Positions 8,385-18,847 of a stretch of 64,000 nt of DNA are shown here, piece by piece; the stretch's first letter is position 1, and every line of letters starts with the position of its first letter. Origin of the DNA: a virus (Duplodnaviria > Caudoviricetes). Location of the stretch: IMG/VR virus record IMGVR_UViG_3300025601_000007; one strand, 5' to 3'. Both the position numbers and the translations under genes were made by a program. Below the pieces are notes generated by a model. It was not told the DNA's origin. It saw only the letters and a program-made list of their open reading frames with translations, and did no database searches.

Positions 8385-10682
8385 TTAAATCTTGATTGCA
8401 GACATCTTGTCTTCAAGAATAAACTTGCGCTCCTGGTTGTCCACCTCAAGCGTAAGCTCTTTGTCGTCTCTCGACTCCAAATCCGTGAACCAGCTCTTTC
8501 CGACAATAGTCAAGAACTTCGTTCTAGAAATACTGTTCTCCAGGTCACGTTTTTCCTTTCTGATTAACTCCGACTTGTTGTCAATCCAATCTTGAATCAT
8601 GTTTGTGCGCTTTGTGTCATCCATCGATTCAACCATTTTATAGAATTCAGAAAACTCCTTGATGTGTGGTTCGAGAATTTCTTCTCTCTCAGTAAGCGGC
8701 TTGCTTGCCTCAAACTTCTCAACAACTCCCTTAGCGGAAGGAAGAGAAGATAGTTTGTCGATTTTAACCTCCATCGTATTCACCATCGCTTCCTCAGTTG
8801 TTGGAGTCAAAGTTACTTTAGGGTTGAATCCATAAGAACTAATTCCAATCTCTTTCAACCACGCAGTAGCTTCTTCACCATAAGTGTCAGCGAATGATTT
8901 CGATGCACCGTCTAGGTAACACTTCTTGTAGTAGTTGAATACTGAGTTTCTCGCTTTCAACTTGGTAAGAGCGTAATGGTTTCTGAACAACTCCTCGGCG
9001 GATGCTTCTCTAACCATTTTCTGATTGATAACTGGAAGACTTGAAAAGTCTAAGTCATAAACAGAATTAGCGTTGTAGATTTCATCTTTAAGGAGTCCGT
9101 TGTCCTGGAGTTTTTCGAATGTATCCGAATCCAATGATACTGGAAGGATATATGTGTGAATCACTCCGTCTTTAATGATGTTGTAGTTACGAAATATGTT
9201 CGTGTCAAACCTTTCTGGTAAACCAAAACTGTTTGTTGGAAGACTTACGTAGCCTTTATACGTCACTTGAACAGAAAGGTTTGCTCTTTTGTTATTCCAC
9301 GTGAGTGAAGTAATTGGGAAGCCTTTGTCTTTGTCTTCGTTGATGAAGCCAATTTTGTTGTCTTTGATTTTTTGCAACATAGACATTGCATCATCAATCT
9401 TATTCTCAGAGAGAAGTAAGTCAACTTGTTCTCTATCCGTGTCTGAAACGTCTTTGCGCTCAGTTTTTCTAGACATGCGCTTGTACTTCATTTGAGAAGG
9501 ATACCATTTAGCGTCCTCAGAAGTCATTAAGTCGTCAATCATGTCCATGACACAATAAGCATCTTCTGCAGGCTCCAAGTCTGGGTTATATCCATCCCTG
9601 AACATTTTTTCAGGGTCTTGCATCGTTGCCATCAACTCAGCTTCAAGCTCGTTGATTTTCTGAGTACCAAAAGTGTTTGCTTTTCTTACAATGAAATATG
9701 CGTCACCCACTACTCTAAGCATGTCAGAGATTGTGTTGAAGTCGTTACTTCTTGAGTAAGCCATCATACCAGCGTACATCGGTTGTAAGATGTTAGAGTA
9801 CGCATCTGGGGTTCCTGATGCAAGTTTATAGTCCACGGTATCGATTTCCGTCGAAGTACGCGGCGCTGAGCTTGTCATGTAAGATACAGTGCTGATTGAT
9901 TCTGGGTCAACGAAAACTTCGTTGTCAGAGTTTACTTTGTAAGAGATGACATTTCCTTCGTCGTCATACGAGTAAGCAAAGCCATCAATGGCGTTCTCTG
10001 AGAGAGTAACATACTTTCTCGCTGACATCATTTTCTGAGTAAACTGCTTTTCCATGTACGGCTCGTAGTCTTGGAAGTCTTCTGCGAAGATGTGTGCTCC
10101 ACCAACCTCAGTAGCCATCTTGTTTAACAAGTCTTTGTTGCAGTAGTAACCGTACTCAACAATCGTAGCCGAAGCCAGGTTTGGAGCAATTTCACTTACT
10201 GATTCTAGAATTTGGCTCTCGCTCCATCCGTTGTCATAACCATCTGTCAAAAAGAATAGCGAGTAAAGCTTGCCTGAATTTCTCTCTCTATCGTTGTTAA
10301 TTAGGGCCTGAGCTTCTTGTAGTGGTTCACAGAATGTTGTAAGTCCACGTGAAGTAAGTTGTGAATCAATAAGTTTTTTAAGGTTTTTAAGACTTGTGTC
10401 GCTTTTGACCTGGAAGTCTTCAACAAGTACGCCGTACTGCCCTTTTCCAGAAAACCAGATGATTGAGACCGAATCTGTATCTCTTAGTAGGGTTGAGATT
10501 TTGTTGTATAGGTCTTTTCTGATTTCCAATAATTCATTCCACATCGAACCTGAACAGTCGATTATAAAAAGATGGTGAGTAGGCGACGCCGTTGGCTTTA
10601 TGTCCCTGGGTGTGTCTGTTGTGAATTCTTCACTCAAAAGAAATCGACCATCCTTTAATTTAGTGTGTTTATAATTAGCCAT
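8385..10682 (-). CDS. von Willebrand factor A (VWA) domain protein, 765 aa
   Basis: MIDAS motif FIIDCSGSM, conserved T (GLTTF) and FFLTDG. Confidence 0.85.
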   Translation of the reverse strand: MANYKHTKLKDGRFLLSEEFTTDTPRDIKPTASPTHHLFIIDCSGSMWNELLEIRKDLYNKISTLLRDTDSVSIIWFSGKGQYGVLVEDFQVKSDTSLKNLKKLIDSQLTSRGLTTFCEPLQEAQALINNDRERNSGKLYSLFFLTDGYDNGWSESQILESVSEIAPNLASATIVEYGYYCNKDLLNKMATEVGGAHIFAEDFQDYEPYMEKQFTQKMMSARKYVTLSENAIDGFAYSYDDEGNVISYKVNSDNEVFVDPESISTVSYMTSSAPRTSTEIDTVDYKLASGTPDAYSNILQPMYAGMMAYSRSNDFNTISDMLRVVGDAYFIVRKANTFGTQKINELEAELMATMQDPEKMFRDGYNPDLEPAEDAYCVMDMIDDLMTSEDAKWYPSQMKYKRMSRKTERKDVSDTDREQVDLLLSENKIDDAMSMLQKIKDNKIGFINEDKDKGFPITSLTWNNKRANLSVQVTYKGYVSLPTNSFGLPERFDTNIFRNYNIIKDGVIHTYILPVSLDSDTFEKLQDNGLLKDEIYNANSVYDLDFSSLPVINQKMVREASAEELFRNHYALTKLKARNSVFNYYKKCYLDGASKSFADTYGEEATAWLKEIGISSYGFNPKVTLTPTTEEAMVNTMEVKIDKLSSLPSAKGVVEKFEASKPLTEREEILEPHIKEFSEFYKMVESMDDTKRTNMIQDWIDNKSELIRKEKRDLENSISRTKFLTIVGKSWFTDLESRDDKELTLEVDNQERKFILEDKMSAIKI

Positions 10683-10787
10683 GTGATGTATTGATTTTGT
10701 TTAATTTGTGTGTTATAATTCTAACGAAAATCAATATTTTTATCCACAAAGCAGCCCTATTGCTTCAATGGGTTTTCTTTTTCTCTT

Positions 10788-11642
10788 TTGTCAGTTATTT
10801 ATGAAAAACACGCAATGATGAAGATGACTTCACTAAACTTCGGAGTATTAAAGGAATCAATCGCTAAAAAGGCATCTGTCGAACTATCTAGAGGATACGA
10901 GGGTGACACTCTTATGCGATTTATGGAAACTGTAAAAAAGAGTCCTTCTCTGAAAAGACAGCATTTTATTTATAAAAACATTGAGATGGCTAAGCCGTTT
11001 GAGAAAGAGAGTCTTGCTGAGAGGTTTCTTAATCAGAATTTAACTTTAATTAAAAGCCTTAAGTGGCACAAGATTACTGCTGAGAATTTAAAGCTTAGAA
11101 CAAATCTTCTTGGAGCTCCAGATAAATCAACTGTTACAGCACGCGAAGACAAAAGAGGTTTGTATGAGGCAATTAACACACTAATTGAATCTAACACAAA
11201 CACTGCTTTCAACGATTTTGAGTCAGAAGCAAATGCTTACAGTGAAATAATTACCCATCTTACACGAGAAGTAAAAGAAGAATCTTCTAAGAGCGACGAA
11301 ATAGCAACTCATCCTAAACTTGGTAAAGCTTGGGAATACATCACAAAAAATGCTGTATCAAACTTTAACGAAAGATTTTCTCACTTAAATGAAGACGAGC
11401 AACAGTTGTTTAAGGTTCTCACTGCAGAAGGAGAGCAGAGAATAACTTATATAAAAACACTTAGAGAGGAAACTCGAAAAAATCTTCAAAGGAAACTAGA
11501 TGTGTGCACATTAAGAGAAGACATCACTTTGCTTGAGACGTTTAAAGAAAAGCTTATGCGAGAAGTTGGGGCTGAAATTTTAGTGAGTGACGAGTACATT
11601 TTTCACGTAGCAGACTTAAACCAGACGCTTAAGAAATTATAA
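10788..11642 (+). CDS. hypothetical helical protein in the head gene cluster (start may be ATG ~10815)
   Basis: Long ORF after a TATTTAT motif, upstream of the protease gene. Confidence 0.7.
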   Translation: MSVIYEKHAMMKMTSLNFGVLKESIAKKASVELSRGYEGDTLMRFMETVKKSPSLKRQHFIYKNIEMAKPFEKESLAERFLNQNLTLIKSLKWHKITAENLKLRTNLLGAPDKSTVTAREDKRGLYEAINTLIESNTNTAFNDFESEANAYSEIITHLTREVKEESSKSDEIATHPKLGKAWEYITKNAVSNFNERFSHLNEDEQQLFKVLTAEGEQRITYIKTLREETRKNLQRKLDVCTLREDITLLETFKEKLMREVGAEILVSDEYIFHVADLNQTLKKL

Positions 11643-11678
11643 ATTTGATTTTTTAGAAACTCATTACTATATTATGTA

Positions 11679-12200
11679 ATGAGCAGAGTAATTGAAAGAG
11701 CCGCAAGAGAGTTAGCAGTTCCATCAGTGGAATTAAATAATTCTAAAGTAAAAGTAAAGATTGGAGCAACTGAAAAACGTGATGCCCCAACTACGGTTTA
11801 TATTCAAGTAAGTTTTTGGACGAAACCAGCACCAAAGCACGTCAACATGTCAAATCAAGAGTTACATCGACTTATTGATAAAAACATAAACAGAGCTTTT
11901 AAAAGCTCTGCTTCTAAAGAGCTTGAACAGCATTATTATTTTACAAAGCCAAAAGACAATATCACAATTTGGAATATTCCAGATAACTTGAATTATAACT
12001 CTAAAAGAAATTACATCTCTCTAGAGTTGTATCTCCACACACTAAACACCGACAGCAAAAATGAGAGCTATCCGCTCCATTCTAAGAAAGACAGAAGGTT
12101 GTACGAGTCTGCCTTAGACATAGCTAATGTGTTTGCCGACTCAGCTTTCTTCCAAGGTGAGGGAGACTTCCAAATATTCAAAACCGCATCTCAAGTCTAA
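11679..12200 (+). CDS. hypothetical protein, 173 aa
   Basis: ATG ORF; no motif recognised. Confidence 0.7.
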   Translation: MSRVIERAARELAVPSVELNNSKVKVKIGATEKRDAPTTVYIQVSFWTKPAPKHVNMSNQELHRLIDKNINRAFKSSASKELEQHYYFTKPKDNITIWNIPDNLNYNSKRNYISLELYLHTLNTDSKNESYPLHSKKDRRLYESALDIANVFADSAFFQGEGDFQIFKTASQV

Positions 12201-12251
12201 AGGGCTGCATTCTGCGAATTTCCAATCTATTTATGGGAAACACAGAATGCT

Positions 12252-14069
12252 ATGAGCGGACTTATTTCCGATTACCAAGATAAATATATCATTTCCGAGT
12301 ACTATACATTTAATGCTCCAACCCGTGAAATGATTATAGAGGCTGAAAAAAAATATCAGCCTATCGTGATGTCTGGAATTCTTCAGATAGCAGATACGTT
12401 AAATAAAAACGGTCGAATTTACCCATACGAAATTTTAAAGCGCGAGGCTGATAAGTACATGGAGCTCGTAAAGGAAAACGTGGCTGGTGGTGAACTTGAC
12501 CATCCTGATTGCAACTCATTAGACACTAGCATTTTAACCATTAACGGCTGGAAGAAGCTAATAGATATTGCAGAAGATGAGTTTATATATACTTTAAATC
12601 AGGAAACTAATAAAATTGAGGCTCATAAGATTGATAAAAAAATCTTAGAACCCTATAGTGGTAAGATGTATCACTTTAAGGGTAAAGGAATTGATTTGAT
12701 GGTTACTCCAAATCATAGATTTATACTTGAGACATCTGATGGGGTATCTTTTGAGAAGACAGCATCTGAGCTGTCTGAGTATAGAAGCGGAAAGTGGAGA
12801 ATTCCTAAAAAAGGAAATTGGGATGGAATTAATTACGATTCCTATATAATCCCTGGAATCGAAGAGTTTAAACCACACATAAGCAATGAGCTTAAGGATA
12901 AATATTCTCAAAACCTTGTTGTTAATGCAAAAGCGTGGTTTGCTTTTTTAGGTTTGTATCTAGCTGATGGAACTTCTGCTGGAGTGTGTGGGAGCAAAGC
13001 AAAACACAACCTCGTTAAAATTACACAGAAGAAGTCTGAGAATTTTGAGGCAATTAGAAAAATATTTGATGATTTAGGGATAGAGTATAACGAACGTGTT
13101 TATAGAGATGGGAAAATAGATTTTCAAATTTACGATGCACGACTTAAGCAATATCTATTTCCTTTAGGGAATAGTTCTGAAAAATACATTCCAGAAGATA
13201 TAAAAGCAGCTAATTCAGAATTGCTGACTATTCTTTTTGAAAATTTTCACATGGGAGATGGAACATCTAAAACATCTTATCATAAAGACAAAGGATATGT
13301 GTGTAAAAAGATTTTTTCTACTTCAGAAAAGATGATTAAAGACTTTAGTGAGGTGCTGTTAAAAATAGGGCTCCACGGAAATATAACTCAAGAACAACCT
13401 GTAGATAGATATATAAATGATGTAGTCGTTCTTGAAAAAGAAGTGGTGATGTCAGATGGGGCTGTAGAGATGGTTAAAGAAGAAATTTTAAAACCAAGAT
13501 TGATTGAGGCTAAAAATAGTAAAACTAAATTCATCCTTAATGTTAGCACTACAGATTTTATTTACATGGATGAGAGATTTTTAAAAATCTCTCAAATCCA
13601 AAACCCGTTTGATAAAGTAGCTTGTGTCAGAGTTAAAAACGGAAATTTCTTTGTAATGCGTAATGGTAAATCCCATTGGACTGGAAACTCCGCAGTTGTA
13701 TCTCTCGCTAATGTTTCACACCGTGTTGTTGAGATGTGGTGGGAAGGAAAAGAATTATGGGGCCGAGTGCAAATTGCTGAAACAGATGCAGGCAACACGT
13801 TGAAGGGTCTTCTAAAAACTGGATTCAAATTAGGAATTTCTTCTCGTGGAGTAGGAAGTGTTAAGTCTCAGGGTGGACAAGACATTGTGCAAGATGATTT
13901 TGAACTAATCGCTTTTGATTATGTATCAAACCCATCAACCCCAGGGGCTTACCTTTTTAAAGAAGGTTATATGAGACCACTTAAAGGGGTTAAAGAAAAA
14001 GCTAAATCAATAGGAGAGCTTAACCGTTTACAACTTATTTCTCAGAAATCTTTCTGGCAATCAGCGTAA
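12252..14069 (+). CDS. prohead protease (T4 gp21-like) with intein
   Basis: NKNGRIYP, GELDHPD|intein|SAVVSLANVSH, LGISSRGVGS, FELIAFDYVSNPSTPGA. Lies upstream of the scaffold and capsid genes. Confidence 0.92.
   Translation: MSGLISDYQDKYIISEYYTFNAPTREMIIEAEKKYQPIVMSGILQIADTLNKNGRIYPYEILKREADKYMELVKENVAGGELDHPDCNSLDTSILTINGWKKLIDIAEDEFIYTLNQETNKIEAHKIDKKILEPYSGKMYHFKGKGIDLMVTPNHRFILETSDGVSFEKTASELSEYRSGKWRIPKKGNWDGINYDSYIIPGIEEFKPHISNELKDKYSQNLVVNAKAWFAFLGLYLADGTSAGVCGSKAKHNLVKITQKKSENFEAIRKIFDDLGIEYNERVYRDGKIDFQIYDARLKQYLFPLGNSSEKYIPEDIKAANSELLTILFENFHMGDGTSKTSYHKDKGYVCKKIFSTSEKMIKDFSEVLLKIGLHGNITQEQPVDRYINDVVVLEKEVVMSDGAVEMVKEEILKPRLIEAKNSKTKFILNVSTTDFIYMDERFLKISQIQNPFDKVACVRVKNGNFFVMRNGKSHWTGNSAVVSLANVSHRVVEMWWEGKELWGRVQIAETDAGNTLKGLLKTGFKLGISSRGVGSVKSQGGQDIVQDDFELIAFDYVSNPSTPGAYLFKEGYMRPLKGVKEKAKSIGELNRLQLISQKSFWQSA
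12510..13688 (+). mobile_element. intein with LAGLIDADG endonuclease in prohead protease
   Basis: HPD|CNSLDTSILT...HWTGN|S, 393 aa. Motifs FLGLYLADG and FHMGDG; penultimate Gly instead of His. Confidence 0.88.
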
Positions 14070-14113
14070 AACACGTTTTCTGAATTATTTATTCACAAGC
14101 AACCAAATTAACG

Positions 14114-15499
14114 ATGCCACAAAACGAGCAAACATCATTAGAAAAAGCATTCTTGGACTTCAAATCTTTGAAGGACACAGCTAAGGCTGAACTCATGAAC
14201 CAACTCGAAGAAAAAGTAGAAGAACGAATTCTTTCGCTTATGAACGAGGAGATTCAAGAGGACGTTCCTCTAGAGGACAAAGAAATAGTAAGTGAAGGTG
14301 TAACCGTAACAATAAATGTCGATGGCGATGACGTATCAGTAGATGCGGGAAGCGACGAAGATTTGGAAACAGTAACAGCACCAGAAGAAGACGCAGATGA
14401 GATGTTTGAAATCTCAGATGACGCCGAATCATATCAAATTAAAAACGAAATGAATTACCTCGACGAACAAGAGCCATTGGCACCAGAAATGGGGGCGGCT
14501 CCTGAGGCGGCACCAGCACCAGCACCAGCACCAGCACCAGAAGCTGTGCCAGAGCCAGAAATGGGAGAAGGGCAGCCAGAAGACCAAATCATTAGCGGAA
14601 TAAAAGCTTTGATTGCTCAAAGCGGAGGAGAGTTAGGGGCGGACCCAGCAGCGGGTGGAGAAATCGACATCGTAGACGATGCGCCAGAGGCAGCAATGGC
14701 TCCTCCAGTGGCAGAAGAGTTTGACATGGAAGAGATTTTCGAAATCATTGATGAAATGGATGCCGAAGATGATGAATATCTAGGTATGGATGGAAGATTT
14801 GGTGCGAAAGACAGAGTTGGTCCGAATGACGATGATATCACAATGGACGATATCATGGAGGACGAAGACGAGTTATATGAAATCGCTCTTGATTTAGATG
14901 AAGAGGAAGATGAACTCGACGAAGTGAAGATGATGGGACACAGCCATTCAGTGCAAAGAAGTACTGGCACAAGTGCAGGTCCTGAGGTTGCTGTTAAAAA
15001 CAGAAGCCGCAAAGCCGCAGTAAAAGAATCTACTTCCCAAAAGGGAAACAAGAATACAGCTCATAATGAGGCGAATATCGCTGAGCTTAATAAGGAAAAC
15101 GAGAGTTTAAAAGCAAAAGTCAACGAACAGAAAGGTGAAATTAAGAAATTCCATCAGTCGTTTGTTGAACTCAGAAGTCAATTCAACGAGATGCAGACTT
15201 TTAACGCCAAACTTGCTTACGCTAACAAATTGTTTGCAAATGGTGGATTCTCCGAGAAAGAGAAACTTCAAATCGCAGAGTCTTTTGATAAAGCAGCTAA
15301 CGCTGATGATGCAAAGAAGCTGTACAACAGTATTATTTCTGAAAACAAACTAACTGTAAAAGACATCAAGTCTGAGATTTCAGCAACTCCTTCGAGAGCT
15401 GCGAGACCGCAGAACCAGTCTGAGCATGTAGTTCTTCATGAAAGTGCTGAGATGAAGAGGATGAAAAAACTCGCAGGAATCAGTCGTCGCGAATCATAA
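14114..15499 (+). CDS. prohead core/scaffolding protein (gp22-like)
   Basis: Very acidic, PA repeats and a C-terminal coiled coil (NAKLAYANKLF). Lies between the protease and MCP genes. Confidence 0.75.
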   Translation: MPQNEQTSLEKAFLDFKSLKDTAKAELMNQLEEKVEERILSLMNEEIQEDVPLEDKEIVSEGVTVTINVDGDDVSVDAGSDEDLETVTAPEEDADEMFEISDDAESYQIKNEMNYLDEQEPLAPEMGAAPEAAPAPAPAPAPEAVPEPEMGEGQPEDQIISGIKALIAQSGGELGADPAAGGEIDIVDDAPEAAMAPPVAEEFDMEEIFEIIDEMDAEDDEYLGMDGRFGAKDRVGPNDDDITMDDIMEDEDELYEIALDLDEEEDELDEVKMMGHSHSVQRSTGTSAGPEVAVKNRSRKAAVKESTSQKGNKNTAHNEANIAELNKENESLKAKVNEQKGEIKKFHQSFVELRSQFNEMQTFNAKLAYANKLFANGGFSEKEKLQIAESFDKAANADDAKKLYNSIISENKLTVKDIKSEISATPSRAARPQNQSEHVVLHESAEMKRMKKLAGISRRES

Positions 15500-15547
15500 T
15501 TGACTGACGAATTAACTAATTAATAATAAACACAAAAACACAACACA

Positions 15548-17194
15548 ATGAGCGAATTGCTAAGAAGTGGTAAGGTTGGAATGACAACATTCAAGAACCT
15601 TGCTGAACAACGCACAGCTATCGTGAAGAACTGGGATGACTCAGGTCTATTGGAAGGTTTGCGTGGTACACAGAAATCGAACGTAGCACAGCTTCTTGAG
15701 AATCAAGCACAGGCGATGCTTAACGAGGTAACACTCGATGCATCAGCTGGTCGTTTCGACACAGTTGCTTTCCCTATCGTAAGAAGGGTATTCTCTCGAC
15801 TACTTGCTAATGAGCTTGTATCTGTACAACCACTCGCACTTCCATCTGGACTACTGTTCTACATGGATGCTAGAGTTTCCTTTAACAATAGTGACAATAC
15901 ATTTAACAATGAAATCGGTAGAACTGCCGAAGTTGCTGGAGCATCTAAAACTGCACCAAAAAACACAGCCAACCAAAACGTAGGGCCTAATTTTGCTGAC
16001 ACTACTGCATACGAACGTTTTTACAACAATCACGGGTTTGACCTTTCCTTTGGAACGGGTGAAACTGTTACAGGTACGTTTCAAATAATTTCAGGTAGTT
16101 CGTTTGTAGGTGGTCTTTCTAATATAACGTTTGCATTGGACACTGGATTCGACGTGTCGAAGCAGCAATCGTCTGCAACATTACGTTATTCATCTACTAC
16201 GGAAATCTATTACTCTGCTGGTTCTTCGAACACGCTTGTAGTAGCAGCTGGTGGCTCAGTACCATTCTTTAGCCAAATTCAAACTTGGACAGAAGACCAG
16301 TACGCTGGAAACAATGCTGATGTGGTCCTTGACCTTCGTCCAGCAGGTGTTTACGGTTCTGACTTCGCAGTTGCCAACTTGAACTCAGGTGGAACTGAAT
16401 TCGGCGCAGCCGTGAGGTTCACCATCACTCCAGCTTACGAAATCTTCAACGACCTAGAGGCGAAAAGTGAGATGGCTGAAATCACAATCCGTTTCTCTTC
16501 TGTTACAGTTGACACTGTTACTAGAAAGTTGAGAGCACACTGGACTCCTGAGCTTGCTCAAGACCTTGAGGCTTACCACTCAATTGATGCAGAAGCTGAG
16601 CTTACAGCTCTTCTTTCTGAGCACGTTGCAGCGGAAATCGACAGAGAAATCATTATCGACCTTATTAACGGTGCGCCGTTTAAAGCTCGTTGGGATTACA
16701 ACGGATTGGCTAACAACGCCAACTTCTTTGGAACACAAAAAGATTGGAATCAAACTCTCATCACTCGTGTAAATGAGCTATCAGCTCAAATTCACAAGGC
16801 GACATTGAGAGGTGGTGCTAACTGGATTGTATGTTCTGCAGAGGCAGGTGCTATTTTCGATGACCTCGAATACTTCCACGTTGACGGTTCTGCTTCACCA
16901 GAAGCTGAAAAGTACAACTTGGGTGTTGAGAAAATCGGTAACTTGGCTAACAGATATGTTGTCTACAAAGACCCATATTTGCCAGCACAAATCGTTCTTC
17001 TAGGACACAAGGGTAACACCTTCTTGGAAGCAGGTTATATCTACGCGCCGTACATCCCTCTTCAATTGACGCAAACAATTTATGACCCGAACGACTTTAC
17101 ACCTCGTAAAGGTATCATGACTCGTTACGCCAAGAAGATGGTTAACAACCGTTTCTACGGAGTCGTATACGTTGACAATATCAACACTTACTAA
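15548..17194 (+). CDS. major capsid protein (T4 gp23-like)
   Basis: LLENQA, IVRRVFSRLLANELVSVQPL..PSGL, TRKLRAHWTPELAQDL, EIDREII, YAPYIPL, PRKGIMTRY. Confidence 0.96.
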   Translation: MSELLRSGKVGMTTFKNLAEQRTAIVKNWDDSGLLEGLRGTQKSNVAQLLENQAQAMLNEVTLDASAGRFDTVAFPIVRRVFSRLLANELVSVQPLALPSGLLFYMDARVSFNNSDNTFNNEIGRTAEVAGASKTAPKNTANQNVGPNFADTTAYERFYNNHGFDLSFGTGETVTGTFQIISGSSFVGGLSNITFALDTGFDVSKQQSSATLRYSSTTEIYYSAGSSNTLVVAAGGSVPFFSQIQTWTEDQYAGNNADVVLDLRPAGVYGSDFAVANLNSGGTEFGAAVRFTITPAYEIFNDLEAKSEMAEITIRFSSVTVDTVTRKLRAHWTPELAQDLEAYHSIDAEAELTALLSEHVAAEIDREIIIDLINGAPFKARWDYNGLANNANFFGTQKDWNQTLITRVNELSAQIHKATLRGGANWIVCSAEAGAIFDDLEYFHVDGSASPEAEKYNLGVEKIGNLANRYVVYKDPYLPAQIVLLGHKGNTFLEAGYIYAPYIPLQLTQTIYDPNDFTPRKGIMTRYAKKMVNNRFYGVVYVDNINTY

Positions 17195-17234
17195 TCTGCA
17201 AAGATTGGTTGGTTTGACCAACAATACCATAAAG

Positions 17235-17264
17235 AAGGGTTCCCAAAAGGGAGCCCTTTTTTTT
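17235..17264. terminator. intrinsic terminator after MCP
   Basis: AGGGTTCCC-aaaa-GGGAGCCCT-T run. Confidence 0.85.
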
Positions 17265-17266
17265 GC

Positions 17267-17668
17267 TTAAGCCTGTTCGTAATATCCTTCGATTTGTCTT
17301 TTTGCTCCTGCTCCAGCTGTGAAGTCATGCGTGTCTTGGAATACTCCGTCAACACATGCAACCAAATGGTCTGTTGCCAAGGCTGCAATTGTTCTTTTTG
17401 GCATTAATTCATTCTGTGGTGGCACTGGACGACGCATATTTGTCCATTTCCATCCATGCTCAGCCATATACTTATCGAGTACGTGGAACTGAACTCCACT
17501 ACCCTCATGCTTGGGGTCATCATCCAAGCTTAGTTTAAGCAGAACATCATGAACTTTTTGGTATGGCTCCTTAGTAACAATAGCTACAGCTCGATAAACA
17601 CAAGCTCCATCTGTGGGTTCGAAGCCAGCCTCGACTCGACCTCCATCATTTTGATTCCATTTCATCAT
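17267..17668 (-). CDS. hypothetical protein, possible papain-like/C39-type cysteine peptidase fold
   Basis: NDGGR...GACVYRAVA...DHLVACVDG gives a Cys/His pair spaced as in small phage C39-like proteins (recall, not searched). Confidence 0.55.
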   Translation of the reverse strand: MMKWNQNDGGRVEAGFEPTDGACVYRAVAIVTKEPYQKVHDVLLKLSLDDDPKHEGSGVQFHVLDKYMAEHGWKWTNMRRPVPPQNELMPKRTIAALATDHLVACVDGVFQDTHDFTAGAGAKRQIEGYYEQA

Positions 17669-17741
17669 AAACTAGTATTTAGATATGTAACGGGTTGTTT
17701 TTAATAGCATAACCAATATACGCAATAAACCAGAAAAAGTT

Positions 17742-17807
17742 TCAAGTTACATTTTGTTGTGTTGTCGTTTTTAGTCTCATATCAATTTTTGTTGTCTTTA
17801 GTCTCAT
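17742..17807 (-). pseudogene. truncated 12th array unit (MRLKTTKIDMRLKTTTQQNVT*)
   Basis: Two consecutive ATGAGACTAAA starts, then homology is lost. Confidence 0.7.
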
Positions 17808-18067
17808 GCCAATATAAGTCTTATTGTAGTCCAATCCCATTCAATCCAGGGGACAGGCCTAGCGGTCCCCTTGTGGATTTCAACGAACCAATCCCCAGGG
17901 AATCCATCAGGAAACCACACTTCATAAACCTCACCTGGCCTGTTTTGAAGACGCAACGCTACCAAATATGGGTACCGCTTCGTGGGTTCAAACCCACCAC
18001 GAATCAATGCGTCTTTGCATGCATCACTTGCATTACATGCATCTGTTTGTGCTGTTTTCAGTCTCAT
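17804..18067 (-). CDS. array unit 11, 87 aa, unknown function
   Basis: Paralog; ATGA overlap with neighbours. Confidence 0.85.
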   Translation of the reverse strand: MRLKTAQTDACNASDACKDALIRGGFEPTKRYPYLVALRLQNRPGEVYEVWFPDGFPGDWFVEIHKGTARPVPWIEWDWTTIRLILA

Positions 18068-18324
18068 ACCAAACTAAATATTATTGTATTGGTCCAATCC
18101 CAAGAAACAAAGCTGATGGTTTTGGGGCCAACAACGGTCCCTTTGTCGATTCGAACGAATCTATCCCCAAGGTATCCATAAGAATGGAAGTGCGCTCCAT
18201 AAACCACTTCACCTGGCTTATTTTGAAGCCGCAACTGCCACGGGCTGATAGTTTTAAACCCACCACGAATCAATTGTTCTTTGCATGCCTCTGTTGATGT
18301 CGTTTTTGCCGTTTTCAGTCTCAT
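18064..18324 (-). CDS. array unit 10, 86 aa
   Basis: Paralog; ATGA overlap. Confidence 0.85.
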   Translation of the reverse strand: MRLKTAKTTSTEACKEQLIRGGFKTISPWQLRLQNKPGEVVYGAHFHSYGYLGDRFVRIDKGTVVGPKTISFVSWDWTNTIIFSLV

Positions 18325-18584
18325 ACAAATATAAGTGTTATAGGATTAGAAGAATCCCATTCAATAAAGCCACGATGGTCTTTAGAGGCAAGCGTAACTA
18401 AAGACCCTTTATGGATTCGAACGAACCAATCACTGCGGTATCCATCAGGAGAGAGCCACACTTCATAAGCCTCACCTGACTTTTTTTCACCAAGCCACAA
18501 CCGCCAGAGGTGCCTTATCGAGGCTTCGAACCCACCACGAATCAATGCTTTTTGGCATGCATCTGTTGCTGTTTTTAGTCTCAT
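18321..18584 (-). CDS. array unit 9, 87 aa (start ATG 18584)
   Basis: MRLKT start overlaps the stop of unit 8. Confidence 0.85.
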   Translation of the reverse strand: MRLKTATDACQKALIRGGFEASIRHLWRLWLGEKKSGEAYEVWLSPDGYRSDWFVRIHKGSLVTLASKDHRGFIEWDSSNPITLIFV

Positions 18585-18847
18585 ACCAATATAAGTGTTA
18601 TTACATTGGTCCAATCCCAATCAACCCAACCATCGCTGATTTTGGGGCCAGCAACGGTTTCTTTGCGGATTCGAACGAACCAATCCCTTCGGTCTCCATC
18701 GTGAGGAAACCACACTTGATAAATCACTGGACCTGGCTTTTCTCCACCAAGTTGCAAAACCAAACACTGTGGGTTGTTCGCGTCTTCGAACCCGCCACGA
18801 AGCAATGTCTCTTGGCATGCGTTTGCTGTTGTCGTTTTCAGTCTCAT
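18581..18847 (-). CDS. array unit 8, 88 aa
   Basis: Paralog; ATGA overlap. Confidence 0.85.
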   Translation of the reverse strand: MRLKTTTANACQETLLRGGFEDANNPQCLVLQLGGEKPGPVIYQVWFPHDGDRRDWFVRIRKETVAGPKISDGWVDWDWTNVITLILV

